NCBI GenBank assembly: GCA_018812355.1
Contig: JAHJDQ010000182.1
Span: forward strand, 1-48,543
DNA: 48,543 bases
Origin: Nanobdellota archaeon
Lineage (GTDB): Archaea > Nanobdellota > Nanobdellia > Woesearchaeales > GW2011-AR9
Reading direction: 5' to 3'
Position numbers and translations under genes: made by a program. Below, one piece after another: positions 28,428 to 38,202 of this stretch (its first letter is position 1; the number at the start of each line of letters is the position of its first letter). The notes beneath the pieces were generated by a model that made no database searches, was not told the DNA's origin, and saw only the letters and a program-made list of their open reading frames with translations.

Positions 28428-29018
28428 TTACCTCTCTTTAATTTCGAACGCTTCCAAATCGCGACAACAAAGACTTTCAAAACTATTTTCGTTAAATCCA
28501 TACAACTCTTGGATGATTTTTTTCTTCAATTTTAGCTGACTTTGATTTAACTTTATAAATTTATTTGCTTTAGTAACTATACTTTTTTGTTTTGCATAAC
28601 AAAGATCTCCTCTCTTAGCATAGTCAAAGAAAAAAACTTTTTGGGCAGATAGAAATTGATCTTTAAGCATTTGAATGACTGCTTGATTAACATCAATGTG
28701 TCTTTTATGTCCATATTCTCCATTTTTCCCATGCGTAAAGATATAATCATACTCTTGTTTGGAATATGGTTTAATTCTTCTTATGACCTCGGTTGAAGCG
28801 AGATCATTTAATTCTTCATCTTCTAAATCAGAGATAAAGCTTTTCGCCTGATAAAATTCGCAGACTTTTTTGAATTTGATAAATCTATCTGGATCATCTC
28901 TTCGACATAGACTGATGATGGTTGTATCCCACTCATTTTTATTTTGCAGAAGCATTCCACCCATCCAGATGGTTTCATCATCAGGATGAGCAACAATCAC
29001 TAAAACTTTTTTTTTCAT
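28428..29018 (-). CDS. PIG-L/LmbE-family deacetylase
   Basis: VAHPDDE, THGKNGEYGHKRH. Confidence 0.92.
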   Translation of the reverse strand: MKKKVLVIVAHPDDETIWMGGMLLQNKNEWDTTIISLCRRDDPDRFIKFKKVCEFYQAKSFISDLEDEELNDLASTEVIRRIKPYSKQEYDYIFTHGKNGEYGHKRHIDVNQAVIQMLKDQFLSAQKVFFFDYAKRGDLCYAKQKSIVTKANKFIKLNQSQLKLKKKIIQELYGFNENSFESLCCRDLEAFEIKER

Positions 29019-29026
29019 CTTAACAT

Positions 29027-29821
29027 TTACTTAACTAGGGCAGCAGCACCTAAAATACTACTGTTTTCACTCCCTTTAATAACTGTTATTGGACCCATCG
29101 CTCTTTTTTTAATTTCTTGCTGCATACTCGTTTTAAATAAATTGAAATCGTTAGCAATCCCTCCTCCAAGAACAATAACATCAGGATCGAAAGTATGTCC
29201 AAGATTAACGATACTTATTCCTAATAACTTTCCATAATCCTGCCACTCTTTTTTTGCTAATTTAAGTGGTTCTTGACGATATCTTTTTTTAACTGCTGAA
29301 CCTGAAAGGTAAGCTTCGATCTCGCCTTGACCCCACTTCCCTTTTACACCATCATATTTGATAGTACAATGGCCAAACTCCCCCGCATTACCATTTCCAG
29401 TATATAGCTTGCCATCAATCACAATCCCACCGCCAACGCCAGTTCCTAAAGTCAAACCAATCACATTTTTCTTCTTTAATCTAATTGATTCGCCCAGTAC
29501 AAAACAACTGGCATCATTACTTATGACTACTTTTCTTTTGAATTTGTCTGAAACAATCTGTTTGAGATTAATTCCTTTTAATGGTTGTAAATTGGGAGTA
29601 TCGCCGATAATTCCCTTTTGATAATCAGCCGGTCCGGGACAACCAATTCCAATTGCTTTAATATCTGGATTGAATAATGTTGCAATTGAACTGAGAATGT
29701 TATTAATAACGATCTCTTTAGTTGTTCCAGTTTTGACAGTAATCATTCGAATAATCTTGTTATTAGAAACTATTCCTGTTTTGATCTTGGTTCCACCAAC
29801 ATCTACACCAATTACCGCCAT
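29027..29821 (-). CDS. ROK-family sugar kinase
   Basis: GVDVGGTK, NDA, LGTGVGGG, AGEFGH. Confidence 0.93.
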   Translation of the reverse strand: MAVIGVDVGGTKIKTGIVSNNKIIRMITVKTGTTKEIVINNILSSIATLFNPDIKAIGIGCPGPADYQKGIIGDTPNLQPLKGINLKQIVSDKFKRKVVISNDASCFVLGESIRLKKKNVIGLTLGTGVGGGIVIDGKLYTGNGNAGEFGHCTIKYDGVKGKWGQGEIEAYLSGSAVKKRYRQEPLKLAKKEWQDYGKLLGISIVNLGHTFDPDVIVLGGGIANDFNLFKTSMQQEIKKRAMGPITVIKGSENSSILGAAALVK

Positions 29822-29869
29822 AACCTAAATAGTAAATTAATGATATATAAAATTGTCGTTTGAAAAAGT

Positions 29870-30094
29870 AAGTAATATGTCTGCTTTGCATAAAAACAAA
29901 CGAGGATTTGTTTTTTGCACAAGAATAAAGTTAATCTCTTTATTCTTTATGCCAAAGGAGGCACATGGGGCAGTAAAATCAGAAATTAAATCTTGTCCCA
30001 TAATCGTGCATAAAAATAAACAGAGATTTATTTTTAGCACAGAAATTAAGTTTTCCGCTTAATTTCTTGTGCCGTGCAAGCCGACATATTACTT
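29870..30094. repeat. Modular palindromic element E4
   Basis: Outer IR AAGTAATATGTC/GACATATTACTT; contains the GCCAAAGGAGGCACAT...GTGCCGTGC module and two double-hairpin modules shared with E1/E3. Confidence 0.85.
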
Positions 30095-30142
30095 TCTCGA
30101 AAAAGATAAATTTTTATAGTTTGATATTATAATTTATCCTGG

Positions 30143-30880
30143 ATGGAATTAAAGATTTTCAAGACAAAAAAAGAGGCTTCCTTAGCAGCGTCTAAAACAG
30201 CTGCTCTGATTCTGAAAAAAGCGATTAAATCTAAAGGGCAGGCTAATTTCATTGCCGCTACTGGAAAATCACAGTTTGAATTTCTTAAAAATTTAATTAA
30301 AGATCCTCGTATTGATTGGCGTAAAACAACGATGTTTCATCTTGACGAATATCTGAGATTATCAGCAACGCATCAGGCCAGTTTCCGGCATTATCTAAAA
30401 GAAAGGTTGATTGATCAAGTTCATCCGGGTAAAGTTCATTTAATTAAAGGCACTGCTAAAAATCCACAACAGGAATGTCAGCGGTTAAATAAACTAATTG
30501 CTAAAAAAGAAATTGACGTCGCTTTTTTAGGAGTGGGAGAGAATGGCCATTTAGCGTTTAACGATCCCCCCGCAGATTTTGTAACAAAAGAGCCTTTCAT
30601 TATGGTAAAACTTAACGAGACTAATCGCCAACAGCAGGTCAAAGAAGGTTGGTTTGCTAAAATTTCTGACGTACCAAAACAAGCAATTTCAATGTCCATC
30701 AAACAGATCATGAAATCGGAAAATATTATTTGTTTAGCTTTTGGAGAAAGAAAAAGCAAAATAGTCAGAGATTGTTTTACTAAAAAAGTTTCTAATTTAT
30801 ATCCAGCCTCCATTTTACAAAAACATCCAAAAGCAGATATTTATTTAGATAAAGAAGCGGCTGCTTTACTTAAGAAATAA
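30143..30880 (+). CDS. Glucosamine-6-phosphate deaminase family protein
   Basis: ATGKSQ, FHLDEY, GVGENGHLAFNDP, PASILQKH. Confidence 0.9.
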   Translation: MELKIFKTKKEASLAASKTAALILKKAIKSKGQANFIAATGKSQFEFLKNLIKDPRIDWRKTTMFHLDEYLRLSATHQASFRHYLKERLIDQVHPGKVHLIKGTAKNPQQECQRLNKLIAKKEIDVAFLGVGENGHLAFNDPPADFVTKEPFIMVKLNETNRQQQVKEGWFAKISDVPKQAISMSIKQIMKSENIICLAFGERKSKIVRDCFTKKVSNLYPASILQKHPKADIYLDKEAAALLKK

Positions 30881-30930
30881 ATAGAAGTTATAAAAAATTT
30901 AAAAAGGATGTGATTATCCTTATATTAAAA

Positions 30931-31680
30931 ATGAAACATATAACAGAGATGAGTAAAGATGATCTTAAAGGCATTAAGTTGATTGTGCTAGATGTTGATG
31001 GTGTTCTAGTAAAGCGAGGCACGAAAATAAAACAGAAAGGAAATTTAACTACTTTAGAAACAAAAAAGATTGCTAATAAACAAATTGAACAAATCAAACA
31101 ATTGTCGAAGAAGGGCTTTCATATCAATATCAATTCGGGAAGGGGACTTTATATGTTACAAGAAATGTTTAGAGAAGTACTCGAGTTTGTCAGCTTAACT
31201 TATGAAAATGGCAGTGCCACTTGGTTTAATGGAAAGATTATCCAGCACATTAATAGTTTCAATTTTTTGAAAAATGTCATCCCCAAATTGAAACGGATTA
31301 AACACAAAAATATTAAGGGATTTGAACCAAAAGAATTTATCATTACGATTCACTGTACTAACAGAGTTAAAGCAATTGAAAGCGTGATTGCTAAAGAGAA
31401 AGAATTGTACTATATCTGGAATGGGGAAGCCTATGATATCGGAGTTAAAAATAAACAACTAAAGTCAATTGGCTTAATTAAGTTAATCAGTGTGTTAGGA
31501 TTGAAAAGGAAAAATGTTTTAGTTATCGGCGATAATTATAATGATCGTGAGATGATGTCTGTTGGTAAGATTGCTGTGACTGCAGATAAGAAGAGAGTAA
31601 CTGGAGATTTTTATGTTGAGCTGAAGGGAAAAAAACTACCCGCAGATATTTTAATGGCCAGAATACTTAAAATAAAATAG
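30931..31680 (+). CDS. HAD-superfamily phosphatase (IIB-like)
   Basis: LDVDGVL, NSGR, ENGS, IGDNYND. Confidence 0.88.
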   Translation: MKHITEMSKDDLKGIKLIVLDVDGVLVKRGTKIKQKGNLTTLETKKIANKQIEQIKQLSKKGFHININSGRGLYMLQEMFREVLEFVSLTYENGSATWFNGKIIQHINSFNFLKNVIPKLKRIKHKNIKGFEPKEFIITIHCTNRVKAIESVIAKEKELYYIWNGEAYDIGVKNKQLKSIGLIKLISVLGLKRKNVLVIGDNYNDREMMSVGKIAVTADKKRVTGDFYVELKGKKLPADILMARILKIK

Positions 31681-31792
31681 AGTAATTCATTCTAAATTGT
31701 TATAGAGAGTTTTGAATAACTAATTAAATTGGTTCAAAACTCTAATAGATTACTTTGAAGAACCCATCTACAATTTAATAAATTGGGGTTAA

Positions 31793-32731
31793 TCAAAGTC
31801 CTCTATAAAAAGTTTCCATCAATTCTTTTATTTCCTTGACAGTTTTAGTAGGGATTAAATCTCCACGAAGTTTTTTTCCGCCACGGCAACCTTTAGAAAA
31901 GTTCATTGCTTGCATTCTAATGTTTGCTGGCCGAATAGACTGATATTTCTCTGCATACTTCAAATATTTAAAAAAATATTTGATTTTTGTTTTTGCAGAA
32001 ATCTCCTTATATTTTCCAGTTTTCAAATAATCGTTAATTTGTTTAAAAATAAACGGATTAGTCATTGCTCCTCTTCCAATCATCACATAATCACAGCCAG
32101 TTTCTTGTAACATTCTTTGCGCATCTTCAGGAGTTTTAATATCTCCATTCCCTACAACAGGAATTTTTACTAACTGTTTTAATTCCTTAATTAACTTCCA
32201 ATCAGCTTTTCCAGAATAGCCTTGCTTGACAGTCCGAGGATGGAAAATGATCATCTCTATCCCCTCTTCTTCTGCTATCTTAGCAATAATTTTCCATCGA
32301 TTGGGTTTATTCACTCCAGATCTTATCTTGACAGAGATTGGTTTATTTGTCGCTTTCCTCATTGTTTGAAAAATCTTTCTCGTCAGTTCTGGCTTTTGTA
32401 ATAAGGCAGAACAAGCCATTTGTTCAGTAATTTGCGGAGAAGGACAACCCATATTATAATCAATCATATCAAAATGAGGTTCAACAATTTTAATCGCCTC
32501 TTTTAACGTTTTTAAATCTGAACCAAATAACTGAATAGAAACTGGTTTTTCTTTTGGAGAGAATTCTACAAACTTAGTAATGTCATCTTTTTTAGCAATA
32601 ATCGCATGAATATTAACAAATTCAGTTACTACTAAACCTGCACCTAGTTCTTTACACAACAAACGTAAAGCAACATTACTTACTCCTGACATCGGTGCTA
32701 AGAACGCTTTGGAAGTGAATTTTGGTAACAT
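31793..32731 (-). CDS. dus: tRNA-dihydrouridine synthase
   Basis: LAPMSG, IQLFG, NMGCP, VGNGDI, MIGRGA; start at MLPKF because the longer ORF runs into the tRNA. Confidence 0.93.
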   Translation of the reverse strand: MLPKFTSKAFLAPMSGVSNVALRLLCKELGAGLVVTEFVNIHAIIAKKDDITKFVEFSPKEKPVSIQLFGSDLKTLKEAIKIVEPHFDMIDYNMGCPSPQITEQMACSALLQKPELTRKIFQTMRKATNKPISVKIRSGVNKPNRWKIIAKIAEEEGIEMIIFHPRTVKQGYSGKADWKLIKELKQLVKIPVVGNGDIKTPEDAQRMLQETGCDYVMIGRGAMTNPFIFKQINDYLKTGKYKEISAKTKIKYFFKYLKYAEKYQSIRPANIRMQAMNFSKGCRGGKKLRGDLIPTKTVKEIKELMETFYRGL

Positions 32732-32787
32732 TGGGTAAAGAAAATATTGGGATATAAAAAGTTGTGTGTTAGTTTTCAAATAAATAA

Positions 32788-32916
32788 TGAGCCCTAGGGG
32801 AGAGTCGATGCTCCGCATCTCGTTCTGTTCTTGCAAAACATATTCGAACCCCCGACCCCTTGGTAACTCTTAATTATTAAGAGCCAAGTGCTCTAGCCAG
32901 ACTGAGCTAAGGGCCC
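32788..32916 (-). tRNA. tRNA-Lys(CTT) with introns at 37/38 (13 nt) and 59/60 (41 nt)
   Basis: GGGCCCT/AGGGCTC acceptor; CTTGG/CCAAG stem; introns 32865-32877 (helix CTCT/AGAG) and 32802-32842 (relaxed helix TTCG/CGAC). Confidence 0.9.
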
Positions 32917-33010
32917 ATTACAGAACAAAAATTAGAAGTACTATTTATAGTTTTTCTAAATGAAGAATACAATCACAAATCTTTATAAACCTAAAATAAA
33001 AAGCACTAAC

Positions 33011-34330
33011 ATGCACAATCATATCTTAGAAGAAAAGATCGGTAAAACTATTCTTAAACTATCCTGGCCGATGATTGTCGCTTTTTTATTACAAACATCA
33101 TTCAACATTATTGATGCCATTTATGTTGGGATGATTAGTGCAGAAGCCCTAGCAGCAGTCTCAATGGCTTTTCCTGTAGTCTTTTTAATGATTTCATTAG
33201 CCTCTGGATTAGGAGTAGGAGCAACGTCAATCATTGCTAGAAGTATCGGTGCCAAAAATTATCAGAAAGCTAACAACACTGCTGAACATGCCATTATTAT
33301 GGCCGGATTATTAGCGATTGTGTTTACTACTTGTGGTTTATTATTTGGTAAGCCTTTATTTCAATTAATGGGTGCAGAAGGTTCTTTGTTAAAGTTAGTT
33401 GTGCAGTATGCTAATATCATTTTTATCGGCAGTATTTTTATGTTTCTCGCCTTCATTGCTAATAATATTTTAAGAGGAGAAGGCAATATGAAAGTGCCGA
33501 TGTACGTTATGGGTGGTTCAGCAATCTTGAATATTATTTTGGATCCAATTTTTATTTTTGTGCTTGGATGGGGTGTCCAAGGAGCAGCGATTGCCACAAT
33601 ATTAGCTAGGTTTACTGGTTTTCTGTTTGCTTTTACTTACATTCTTAAAGGTAAAGCTGTAATCAAATTAAGTTTAAGATATTTCAAGTACAAGTTTAAA
33701 ATTGTTAAAGAATTATTTTATATCGGTTTTCCCAGTTCAATTTCACAGGTGTTAATCTCTGTTAGTATGTTTATTTTAATGACGATCGTTGCTAAGTTTG
33801 GCACGGCCGGAATTGCTGCCTATGGAATTGCCTTTAGGTTAGATAGTGTTGGATTTATGCCCGTCATCGGAATGATGACTGCGATTATGACTATAGTTGG
33901 TCAGAATATTGGTGCGGGAAATTTTGCCAGAGCGAGAAGAACAACTTTTATTGCTTCTTTAATCGCAATTGCTTATTCTTTAGTAATAGGAATTTTATTC
34001 TTTTCATTAGCAGTACCGTTAGCCAAACTGTTTAATAGCGATCCGCAAGTAATTTATTACTCTTCGATTTATTTGTTAATCAACGCTTTCACTTACATCT
34101 TTATCGCTGTGGGGATGATTATTATGGGATCGTTCTTAGGAGCAGGAAGACCAATGCCACCGTTAATTATCAATTTACTAAGGTTAGTAGTGATTGCTGT
34201 ACCTTTAGCATATTATCTTTCCACTATTTATGGGTTGATTGGAGTATGGATTGGAATAGCTATTGCTTCTGTAGTTTCTGGAATCGTCAGTATAATCTGG
34301 TTTAGATTTAGTAACTTTGAGAAGAAATAG
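33011..34330 (+). CDS. MATE-family efflux transporter
   Basis: LSWPM, NIILDPIFIF..GWGVQGAAIAT, VGQNIGA; ~12 TM. Confidence 0.93.
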   Translation: MHNHILEEKIGKTILKLSWPMIVAFLLQTSFNIIDAIYVGMISAEALAAVSMAFPVVFLMISLASGLGVGATSIIARSIGAKNYQKANNTAEHAIIMAGLLAIVFTTCGLLFGKPLFQLMGAEGSLLKLVVQYANIIFIGSIFMFLAFIANNILRGEGNMKVPMYVMGGSAILNIILDPIFIFVLGWGVQGAAIATILARFTGFLFAFTYILKGKAVIKLSLRYFKYKFKIVKELFYIGFPSSISQVLISVSMFILMTIVAKFGTAGIAAYGIAFRLDSVGFMPVIGMMTAIMTIVGQNIGAGNFARARRTTFIASLIAIAYSLVIGILFFSLAVPLAKLFNSDPQVIYYSSIYLLINAFTYIFIAVGMIIMGSFLGAGRPMPPLIINLLRLVVIAVPLAYYLSTIYGLIGVWIGIAIASVVSGIVSIIWFRFSNFEKK

Positions 34331-34396
34331 TTTTTTTCTAATAACTCAAACTTACCACCCCATACTTTTTTAAATGAACTATCTTCTTGAGTATAC

Positions 34397-35338
34397 ATGA
34401 TCATCCTTGGAATCGAAACCACTGCTCATACGTTTGGAGTAGGAATAGTAAATGATCAAGGCAAAGTACTAGCGAACGCCTTTGACAGTTTTACTTGTAA
34501 TCAAGGTGGGATGATTTTAGACGAGGTAGCCGAGCATCACAAAAAAGTTGCTGAAAAAATCTTAACCAAAGCTTTTGCAGAAGCTAAACTATCCTGGAAA
34601 GATGTTGATTTAATGGCTTACTCTGCCGGTCCTGGTTTAGATCCAGTACTATATACCGGATATCATCTTGCTCAAGCTTGGAGCGAAAAACAGAATAAAA
34701 AGTTAGTTGGGGTTAATCATTGCGCTGCTCATCTTAGTATTGGAAAAGTAATTAATCAATTAAAAGATCCTTGTTACTTGTATGTTTCTGGTGTTAATAC
34801 TCAAGTCATTGTTGATGAAAATAATAAATACAGAGTTGTCGGCGAAACCTTAGATTTAGGATTAGGAAATATGCTTGACAAATTAGGAAGATCTTTAGGA
34901 TTAGGTTTTCCGGCTGGTCCAGAAATGGAACAATTAGCTAAGCAAGGCAAGTATCTTGAACTGCCCTATACTGTTAAGGGCATGGACGTTTCTCTTTCCG
35001 GAATGTTAACAAAAGTACAACAGTTGATTGAAAAAGGAATTAAGAAAGAAGATTTATGTTTTTCAGTCCAAGAAACGTGTTTTGCAATGCTGACTGAGGT
35101 AACCGAGAGGGCGATGGCTAACGCTAATAAAAAAGAACTATTATTAGTTGGCGGAGTAGGTGCGAATCAACGATTTTGTGAAATGTTAAAGATTATGTGT
35201 AAAGAACGAGGAGCTAAGTTTTACAAAGTACCGATGGATCTTGCTCGAGATAACGGGGCGATGATTGCCTGGGAAGGTTACTTAAGAAAAGAAACTCAAG
35301 CAGAAGTCAATCCTCACTGGCGCGTTGATGAGGTTTAA
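34397..35338 (+). CDS. kae1: KEOPS Kae1 t6A threonylcarbamoyltransferase
   Basis: LGIETTAHTFG, VNHCAAH, GETLD, DNGAMIAW. Confidence 0.95.
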   Translation: MIILGIETTAHTFGVGIVNDQGKVLANAFDSFTCNQGGMILDEVAEHHKKVAEKILTKAFAEAKLSWKDVDLMAYSAGPGLDPVLYTGYHLAQAWSEKQNKKLVGVNHCAAHLSIGKVINQLKDPCYLYVSGVNTQVIVDENNKYRVVGETLDLGLGNMLDKLGRSLGLGFPAGPEMEQLAKQGKYLELPYTVKGMDVSLSGMLTKVQQLIEKGIKKEDLCFSVQETCFAMLTEVTERAMANANKKELLLVGGVGANQRFCEMLKIMCKERGAKFYKVPMDLARDNGAMIAWEGYLRKETQAEVNPHWRVDEV

Positions 35339-35400
35339 AGGATAACAAAGTTTATAATGACCAAGCTTAAAGTTCATTAAAAAAGCGAGGTGTAATCATT

Positions 35401-36138
35401 ATGAGAACAATTTGTATTATAAATCAAAAGGGCGGCGTGGGAAAAACTACTACGGCAGTAAATTTAGCAGCAGGACTTTCTCGAAAAGATCAAAAAGTGT
35501 TATTAGTGGACCTCGATCCACAAGGAAACATCAACACTTGTCTTAAGCTTAATGCTGATCATGACTTGTACGATGCGATGACAGGAAGAGAACATATCCG
35601 TAACTGTATTTTTAATATTGCTAAAAATTTTGATGCCTTAACCTCAAAAGAAAACCTGACTAAAGCTGAATATTATATTAACACGCAACCAAATTCTAAA
35701 TTAATTTTAAAAAATCTTTTGTCGACGATCGACGATTATGATTATATCATTGTCGACTGTCCGCCTTCATTAGGAATTCTTAACCAAAATGCAATGGCTT
35801 TTTGTCAAGAAGCTTTCATTCCTGTTTCGACTGACTTTTTAGGCTATGATGCTTTGAAAAAGATGGAAAATGTTGTCCGCAAAATCAATGAGAATTATGA
35901 CCATAATATCCGGATTAGCAAAATAATTCCTACACTTTACGATAAAAGAAACAAAATCTGTAAAGATACTTTAGGCAAAATTAAACAAACTTATGATGGC
36001 TTAAGTTCTGTCCCGATTAGAATGAACTCTAAACTAAAAGAAGCGCCAAAATATGGTAAATCAATTTTTGCCTATGCAAAATCCTCTAATGGTGCGAAAG
36101 ATTACGGCGAATTAGTGGATGAAGTTTTAGCGATGTAG
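35401..36138 (+). CDS. ParA/Soj-family ATPase
   Basis: [24 protein letters not shown]. Confidence 0.95.
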   Translation: MRTICIINQKGGVGKTTTAVNLAAGLSRKDQKVLLVDLDPQGNINTCLKLNADHDLYDAMTGREHIRNCIFNIAKNFDALTSKENLTKAEYYINTQPNSKLILKNLLSTIDDYDYIIVDCPPSLGILNQNAMAFCQEAFIPVSTDFLGYDALKKMENVVRKINENYDHNIRISKIIPTLYDKRNKICKDTLGKIKQTYDGLSSVPIRMNSKLKEAPKYGKSIFAYAKSSNGAKDYGELVDEVLAM

Positions 36139-36239
36139 GTTATTTTTGTTTTTTCAATTTTTTATTAATTTCATTTTTTTTGTAATTATCATTATTAAAC
36201 CAAACTTTTATAATAACTAAATTCTAAATACAAAATATA

Positions 36240-38036
36240 ATGTTAAAAAAGAGTGTTATGTTTTTGGTACTATTAATTCTTCTAACCATATCAGTAACTG
36301 CTACCCAAGAACCTTACCATCTTAAACTACTTGCCGTTCAAGAAGCTGATGATGGTTATATTGGCAGTGGCGCCGATTTATTTCTAGAATTAAGAGAAGG
36401 TTCGGGAAGAGTATTTTTAGAAACTAATCCTTTAACCAAACTAGATACCCAAATCAGTACAAGATTTGCTAAAGATATTGCCTGTAACCATTTCAAACTT
36501 AATTGTCAGAAATACGATTTTATCTACACGATTAGAGCAGAATCAAACATTATTGGTGGACCGTCAGCAGGAGCAGCCGTTGCTGCTTTAACGACGATTG
36601 CCGTTTTAGATTTAGATCATGATGAAACCGTTACAATTACCGGAACAATCAATTCCGGCGGGATCGTCGGCCCTGTGGGTGGAGTAAAAGAAAAACTTGA
36701 TGCAGCTCAAGAAATTGGTTTGAAAAAAGTATTAGTTTCCATCGGCACATCAGTACAGCCCGATTTTAATAATACTAACCTTACTGAAGAATCTCTTGAT
36801 TTAGTTAGTTATGCTCAAAACAATTTAAGTTTAGCCATGGTTGAAGTGATGGATTTAGATGATGTAATTTTTCATCTTACCGGAGAAGATCTTAACCATC
36901 AAGAAGTTATCGTTACTGAAAATAAACAGTATACAGAAATTATGCAGGGTCTGAAAAGAGTTCTTTGTGAACGGACAGCTAAAATCGAACTGGAACTGGA
37001 TCAGGAACGGGTCTTTCTAAATGAAAATGTAACTACTGAACTATTCGAGAGAAAAGGTTCTGCTGAGAACGCTACATTAGATCAAGACTATTATTCTGCG
37101 GCTAGTTATTGTTTTGCTAACAACATTTTACTTCGAACACAATATTATCAAGCGAAGATGCCGACATCTAAAGCAATCGAAAATCTTTATTCTGTCTTAG
37201 AAAGCAAAACTAGTTCCTTAAAGCAGAAATTAGCCGAAGAAGAGATTAAAACTATTTCTGATTTACAAACTCTGATGATTGTTAAAGAACGACTGAACGA
37301 TGTTAGTGAAAATATTGCTAAATTCAACGAGCAGAAAGAACTTGGCTTTATTGAACGAGAAGAAGCTTACCAAAGTTTGGCTTATGCTGAAGAACGATTT
37401 TTTTCTGCTTTAAGTTGGAAACAATTTTTTGCGATGGAAGGCAAAAATTTTAATCTTAATCCAGAAAGATTAAAAAATTCCTGCCAGCAAAAAATATCTG
37501 AAGCCGAAGAACGTCATCAATATGTTAGTTTGTTTCTTGGATTACTACCAGTGATCAATATCCAGGAAAAAATTACTCAGGCTCGGGCTGCCTTAACAGA
37601 AGAAGAATATGAATTGTGCTTAATCGTCGCTTCGCAAGCAAAAGCAGATTCTAATGCCATCCTTAGTTCGATCGGTTTGAGTGAAGAATCCTTTTCTGAA
37701 TATCTGGAAAGTAAAAGTAAAGCTGTCGAACGAGTAATTTTTGAAAATAGTGCTGAGGAAATTTTTCCCATTCTCGGATATTCTTATTATCAATATGCTA
37801 ATTCTTTGCAAGAACAAGAACCTTATACTGCTTTACTCTATTTGGAATATGCTTTGGAGATGAGCGAATTAAGCATTTACTTTCCGGAAGAACAAACTTT
37901 CTTTGAACTAGAGTTTAGAATCGACCGAGTCTGGTATTATGCTGGAATTGGTTTTCTGATCGGTTTCTTAGTTGCTTTTGTTATTTTCTTCGGTTTTGTG
38001 AAGAGAAGACCGAAGCTAAAATTAATTCATAAGTGA
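36240..38036 (+). CDS. Membrane-anchored Lon-like (S16) serine protease without ATPase domain
   Basis: Signal peptide, GGPSAG, TGTINSGGIVGPVGGVKEK, C-terminal TM. Confidence 0.88.
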   Translation: MLKKSVMFLVLLILLTISVTATQEPYHLKLLAVQEADDGYIGSGADLFLELREGSGRVFLETNPLTKLDTQISTRFAKDIACNHFKLNCQKYDFIYTIRAESNIIGGPSAGAAVAALTTIAVLDLDHDETVTITGTINSGGIVGPVGGVKEKLDAAQEIGLKKVLVSIGTSVQPDFNNTNLTEESLDLVSYAQNNLSLAMVEVMDLDDVIFHLTGEDLNHQEVIVTENKQYTEIMQGLKRVLCERTAKIELELDQERVFLNENVTTELFERKGSAENATLDQDYYSAASYCFANNILLRTQYYQAKMPTSKAIENLYSVLESKTSSLKQKLAEEEIKTISDLQTLMIVKERLNDVSENIAKFNEQKELGFIEREEAYQSLAYAEERFFSALSWKQFFAMEGKNFNLNPERLKNSCQQKISEAEERHQYVSLFLGLLPVINIQEKITQARAALTEEEYELCLIVASQAKADSNAILSSIGLSEESFSEYLESKSKAVERVIFENSAEEIFPILGYSYYQYANSLQEQEPYTALLYLEYALEMSELSIYFPEEQTFFELEFRIDRVWYYAGIGFLIGFLVAFVIFFGFVKRRPKLKLIHK

Positions 38037-38040
38037 TTAT

Positions 38041-38100
38041 AAAACCCCTCGCCAACCCGAAAGCTGGCTTGGGGAAAAAGAGGTGATAGATGTTTACTAC
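38041..38100 (-). ncRNA. Candidate small RNA or terminator with UUCG hairpin
   Basis: Minus strand: TATA-like TTTAAATA (38118-38125), then ATCACCTC, CCCC-aa-GCCAGCT-TTCG-GGTTGGC-ga-GGGG, TTTT. Confidence 0.4.
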
Positions 38101-38202
38101 TCCAGAAGAGATACTATTATTTAAAGGTTTCGGTGAGTTTAGTATTTTATAGTAGTGAAATCAGTAAATTTTATAAGTTCGTTATAATTTATAACATTAT
38201 CA

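Noticed and set aside
29837..30062. ORFs 29837-30040 (-) and 29853-30062 (+)
   Set aside because: They lie within palindromic repeat E4 and show no protein-like signal
32732..32836. N-terminal extension of dus
   Set aside because: Overlaps tRNA-Lys(CTT); homology begins at MLPKF
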